DNA from: Savitreella phatthalungensis
Taxonomy: Eukaryota
DNA length: 64,000 bases
Direction of reading: 5' to 3'
Assembly (NCBI GenBank): GCA_051599415.1
Contig: AP039701.1
Coordinates: 1-64,000, forward strand
Both the position numbers and the translations under genes were made by a program. The notes under the pieces were generated by a model, which searched no databases, was not told where the DNA came from, and saw nothing but the letters and a program-made list of their open reading frames with translations. This document shows positions 60,191-64,000 of this stretch, piece after piece (within the stretch, counting starts at the first letter, position 1; every line of letters begins with the position of its first letter).

Positions 60191-62294
60191 TTGAATCAGA
60201 CTGAATCGATATAGAAAACTTATTTGAGGTTGTAAGTAAGGTGGAGTCCTCAGATAGAGAGAGACAGAGACAGAGATCCACGGCTTGACAGAGAAACAGA
60301 AGAGAGCAGCATTCAGGGAGTACAGAGGAAGGGAGGAGAAAGTGAAAGTGAGAGTGAAAGTGAGTGAGTGACAGTTAGACAGTGAGAGTGGATACTGAGG
60401 AAGTAAGGATTGAAAGGTCCTGTCTTGTCTCACTGAGGAGAGGAGGAGGAAGAGGAGGACTAAGAGCTGGAAGAGCCGCGGCATCAGAGGAGGAAGAATA
60501 GGTATTTCGCAAGTGGATATAGTTCTACTTGATCAAGTGGGAGGAGAAGAAATAGGGTGGATAGTATACCCCCCTAACTGAAAGGAGTCTTTGACATGTT
60601 GATATAATTGAGGTGCGTCAGAGAGTGAATCTATCGTCAGAGAGAGAAAAACTATAGTGAGACTCTGACTCTGGAGACACTTCTATCTGGGCTAGGTAGG
60701 TGAGTGAAGGGTTTGAAAAGGGTGCGATTGAGTGGAAAATTCTGAGCCAGTAAACCTAGAGAACTACTGCGTATCTGCCTGGCCTTGGCTATATTCAGTT
60801 CGGAAGAGTGGATGATCAGCCGCCGTTCTGTGGACACAGAACTGTCTCAATTCAAAAGCTCATCATTCGTGGCCCATAGGCTATACGCAGTAGAATCCAA
60901 TCATCTCACCCACAGAGTGTTGAAGGAGACTCTGAAGGAAATGTTGAAAATGATTAAAGCATAGACGCGTCCACGATAATCAAATAACTATCAATCTCTA
61001 ATCTTGACGACCAGAATTTAACTTTTCAAAACCGTGAACCTCAAATTTCAGATCAGCCACCCAGTAAGTTTCATTCTCGCTGGATACAATCAAACAATTG
61101 AGCCGCAGCTGAAGAACATCTCCCAGCGATATCCTTCATCGTTAGATTCAAAATCTTCAAAATCTAATCGTCCTGCAAATCTACCTCTACTGCATGTAGC
61201 TATGGCGTTGGTTGCGCTGCACCGTGACTGATTTCGGGCTTCCTTCTCCAGGTCTGCCTCAACCATGTACATTCATTCACATTTGTCACAATTTCTCTAG
61301 AATTCAAAGCAGCACCACGAAGGTCTGTCCCGCTATATGGCTGATCCAAATTTCTCCTTGACTGGCGCTGTGCACTTCATCTGCAAGGCTATCAACCGTA
61401 ATGGCTTCGTATCTCGATGATTGCACTCCAGCGTGGTTCACACCTTCGGTAGTTTGACAGCCGGGATCAGACTCTGTTCGAGATTAACTCTGTTTCAAAT
61501 CATCCATTAGCCACTGTCACCTGAAATCCGCAGACTCTCAATCATCCATCCTCTTTGAGGCATACAGAATTTCTCCGGAGACAGAACTGCAGCAGATCAA
61601 TTTACTGAGAGGCATGGACATGCACTAAATCATATTTCCGTAAAATGAATTAGAATTGATGTGTAAGGACAGTGATTGAGGGATCGACGGACCGGCGCAA
61701 TTCTATACAGCGTATCACTGCTACCTATTCGAGAGTGCGTCAGACAGAGCGTATGAGCAAGGATGGGTGGGAGCGTGGGAGGAGAGGTCTGAGCGAGTGA
61801 GCACGCTTGAGCTCGAGCATGGACTATGTGTGAGCAGTATATGTACACTGCAATCAAGAACAAAATCCCCAAAGTCATCACACTGCTCGTTACCTTGTCG
61901 AACAGTCCCAACCACCTTGCTCACCAAGTCCCATTCAATGCTCAACTGCTCAGACAGTACTCTTGATCCAGCTTCGATTCGTATCAAGCGGACATGTTGC
62001 GTGACTGGAACTTACAAACTGCCGAATTGAGTACGACAGCCCTAGTGTAACTCTCTCTGCTCAACATCATGAAAAGCTGCATGTACTTTCTCCTGTATTT
62101 TCCACGTGTGCGTCATCCTTAGTGTAGACCTGGAAAATTATTATGCACAAACCGCATCCACGCAGCGTACGATGAAAGCCTGTACAGAGACGAGGGCAGG
62201 GAAGTGAGTTCTTTACGTCTATTGCTAGCGACGTCACATATGCAATAGATACGCATCAGACTGTCGAGGCGGTCCCGAGCTTCTCAGCAATCTG

Positions 62295-63341
62295 ATGAAG
62301 CGGCATCCTGGTGAAGTGTCGAGTGCAGCGTCTAGCGATGAACAGCTTGTCAAGCGGCAGCGTGCAAGTGCCCAGCAAGTCAGTAGGTCCACAGGCCCTT
62401 CGAGATCTGAGCGAAGACGAACCTCAGGCCTGTCTGCCCCGACTTTACAATTGAACGGACATTCCGGGTACATCTATGCTTCCAGATTCAGTCCCGATGG
62501 ACGAAGTCTGGCGTCCTGTTCTTTCGATCGCTCCATCATGCTCTGGCAGACGTATGGCGACTGTGACAACTACGCAGAGCTGCGCGGCAGTAAGAATGCC
62601 GTCCTAGATCTCCAGTGGTCCGCCGACGGGAAATCCATCTACTCCGCCTCAGCCGACCACACCGTCTCCACGTGGGATGTCCATACAGGTACACGGATAC
62701 GCAAGCACGAAGGTCATCAAGATATCGTGAACGCCGTCGATGTCCATCGTCGTGGCACAGAAACACTTTGCTCCGTCGCAGACGATGCAACAATAGGCCT
62801 CTGGGATCCGCGCACCAAGTCCGCCATTGACTACATGCAAGACGAGTATTCAATCACAGCAGTCGCATTCAGCGCCAATGGCACGCAGCTTTTCAGCGGT
62901 GGTCTGGATGAGGTGATCCGCGTTTGGGATCTACGTCGCAGAAAGGTCCTATACACACTCGAGGGTCATGCTGGCACCCTCACGAGTCTCTCGGTATCGC
63001 CTGACGGCTCTACTTTGTTGTCGAATGCCATGGACAACAAGTTGAAGCTCTGGAACATACAGCCCTTTGCACCAGAAGACCGGCTGGTGAGGACGATAGA
63101 AGGAGCAGAGCATGGGGAGGAAGGCAATTTGCTGCGGTCATGCTGGTCTGCTGACGGTAAACGTGTCGCTTCAGGATCAGCCGATCGCACCGTGATGATT
63201 TGGGATGCCGGTACTGGCATGCCGCTCTACAAGCTACCTGGGCACAAGGGTACAGTTGTCAGCGTCGACCTTCATCCACATGAGCCAATCGTACTTACAG
63301 GCAGTATCGACAAAACGCTCTTGCTTGGCGAGCTTGCTTAG
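62295..63341 (+). CDS. spf38: U5 snRNP 40-kDa WD40 protein (SNRNP40/Spf38/Cwf17)
   Basis: RTSGLSAP..QL.GH; LWQTYGDCDNY; LSNAMDN...WNIQPFAP; LYKLPGHKGTV...HPHEPI. Confidence 0.9.
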   Translation: MKRHPGEVSSAASSDEQLVKRQRASAQQVSRSTGPSRSERRRTSGLSAPTLQLNGHSGYIYASRFSPDGRSLASCSFDRSIMLWQTYGDCDNYAELRGSKNAVLDLQWSADGKSIYSASADHTVSTWDVHTGTRIRKHEGHQDIVNAVDVHRRGTETLCSVADDATIGLWDPRTKSAIDYMQDEYSITAVAFSANGTQLFSGGLDEVIRVWDLRRRKVLYTLEGHAGTLTSLSVSPDGSTLLSNAMDNKLKLWNIQPFAPEDRLVRTIEGAEHGEEGNLLRSCWSADGKRVASGSADRTVMIWDAGTGMPLYKLPGHKGTVVSVDLHPHEPIVLTGSIDKTLLLGELA

Positions 63342-63511
63342 CCGCATGAGGTACCACCGGGATTTGTGGAAACAACGTGTGGTTTCGGATGGTCTTCTTG
63401 GCTTCCGCGTGATCTGCCCCGTGGTCATGCGCTCAAAGTTCAGTTCAAGAGTAGTGGTCGTGATGACAAACGAACAAGAGGACGATCGAGCCGATCTGCT
63501 AGCGTCCAAGT

Positions 63512-64000
63512 ATGGGCAAGAAGAGAAAGGACGATGAGGCAGCTGAAGTGCCAGCGTTCATTGACGTCGAGCAGCCAGAGGCCAGTCCATATCTGCATGT
63601 GGACTCGAACATTTCTCGCCTGTCCACGGTGACTCCAAGGCTCTCCATGAGTCGACGCAATAGCCGCGATAGTGCCTCTCTCTTTGCCGGTGGAACCGGT
63701 ACCCTCTCTGCGCGGCACAGTCTTTCACGGCCTTTGACAAGCGTGTCCCGAGCATCGAGTCATCGCACAAATGGCCACAATGGCCACGTTGACTTCATCT
63801 CTGAGCGCGATGGTTTCAGCGTGAACGATGATGCACGCAGGTCAATACATAGTGCTTATTTGCGTCCCTTGGAGGACAAACGCCTTGCAGAGGGATTGGG
63901 TTGGGCCTGGAACGTACAGGCGCAAACCATCGAGCAGCCCGCCGCTATCTACGCACCTGTAGCAGGCACGATCGCCGAGCACGATCGCCATTCAGAGCTA
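63512..64000 (+). CDS. 5' part of an unidentified protein running off the window end
   Basis: ATG at 63512 (MGKKRKDDEAAEVPAF...) stays open for 163 codons to the end of the window. Confidence 0.65.
   Translation, partial: MGKKRKDDEAAEVPAFIDVEQPEASPYLHVDSNISRLSTVTPRLSMSRRNSRDSASLFAGGTGTLSARHSLSRPLTSVSRASSHRTNGHNGHVDFISERDGFSVNDDARRSIHSAYLRPLEDKRLAEGLGWAWNVQAQTIEQPAAIYAPVAGTIAEHDRHSEL

Noticed and set aside
63346..63537. ORF starting 4 nt after the U5-40K stop (second bicistron?)
   Set aside because: No recognisable family, and it overlaps the more convincing ORF starting at 63512

Overview
Left end of a fungal (ascomycete-type) chromosome. It begins with untrimmed Oxford Nanopore adapter/barcode sequence (1-93), then a (CCCTAA)18 telomere (94-201) and a ~5.7 kb subtelomere containing minisatellites, a diverged duplication, a heptad-repeat coiled-coil ORF, a probable pseudogene and signs of CpG>TpG decay. 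From ~6.1 kb the window is very compact and intron-poor (introns mostly 43-56 nt). It carries housekeeping genes (MDM34, SSO1-type syntaxin, NudC, SFI1, SEC18, ERG13, RNA15, DPM3, GLN4, TDG, FPGS, MRPL35, RPS24, NUP85, NSE2, GET5-like, LisH/Q-rich regulator, U5-40K), a methylcitrate synthase/methylisocitrate lyase pair and an accessory block (GPCR, AtuA-like, GH43). Most striking oddities: two complete same-strand genes separated by one nucleotide (NCE101 then pyroglutamyl peptidase; candidate bicistronic locus), a ~216-nt fold-back between DPM3 and the methylisocitrate lyase gene, a ~155-aa insert splitting the Nse2 SP-RING, and small spliced genes missed by the ORF track. All family calls come from motif recognition by eye; no database search was run.
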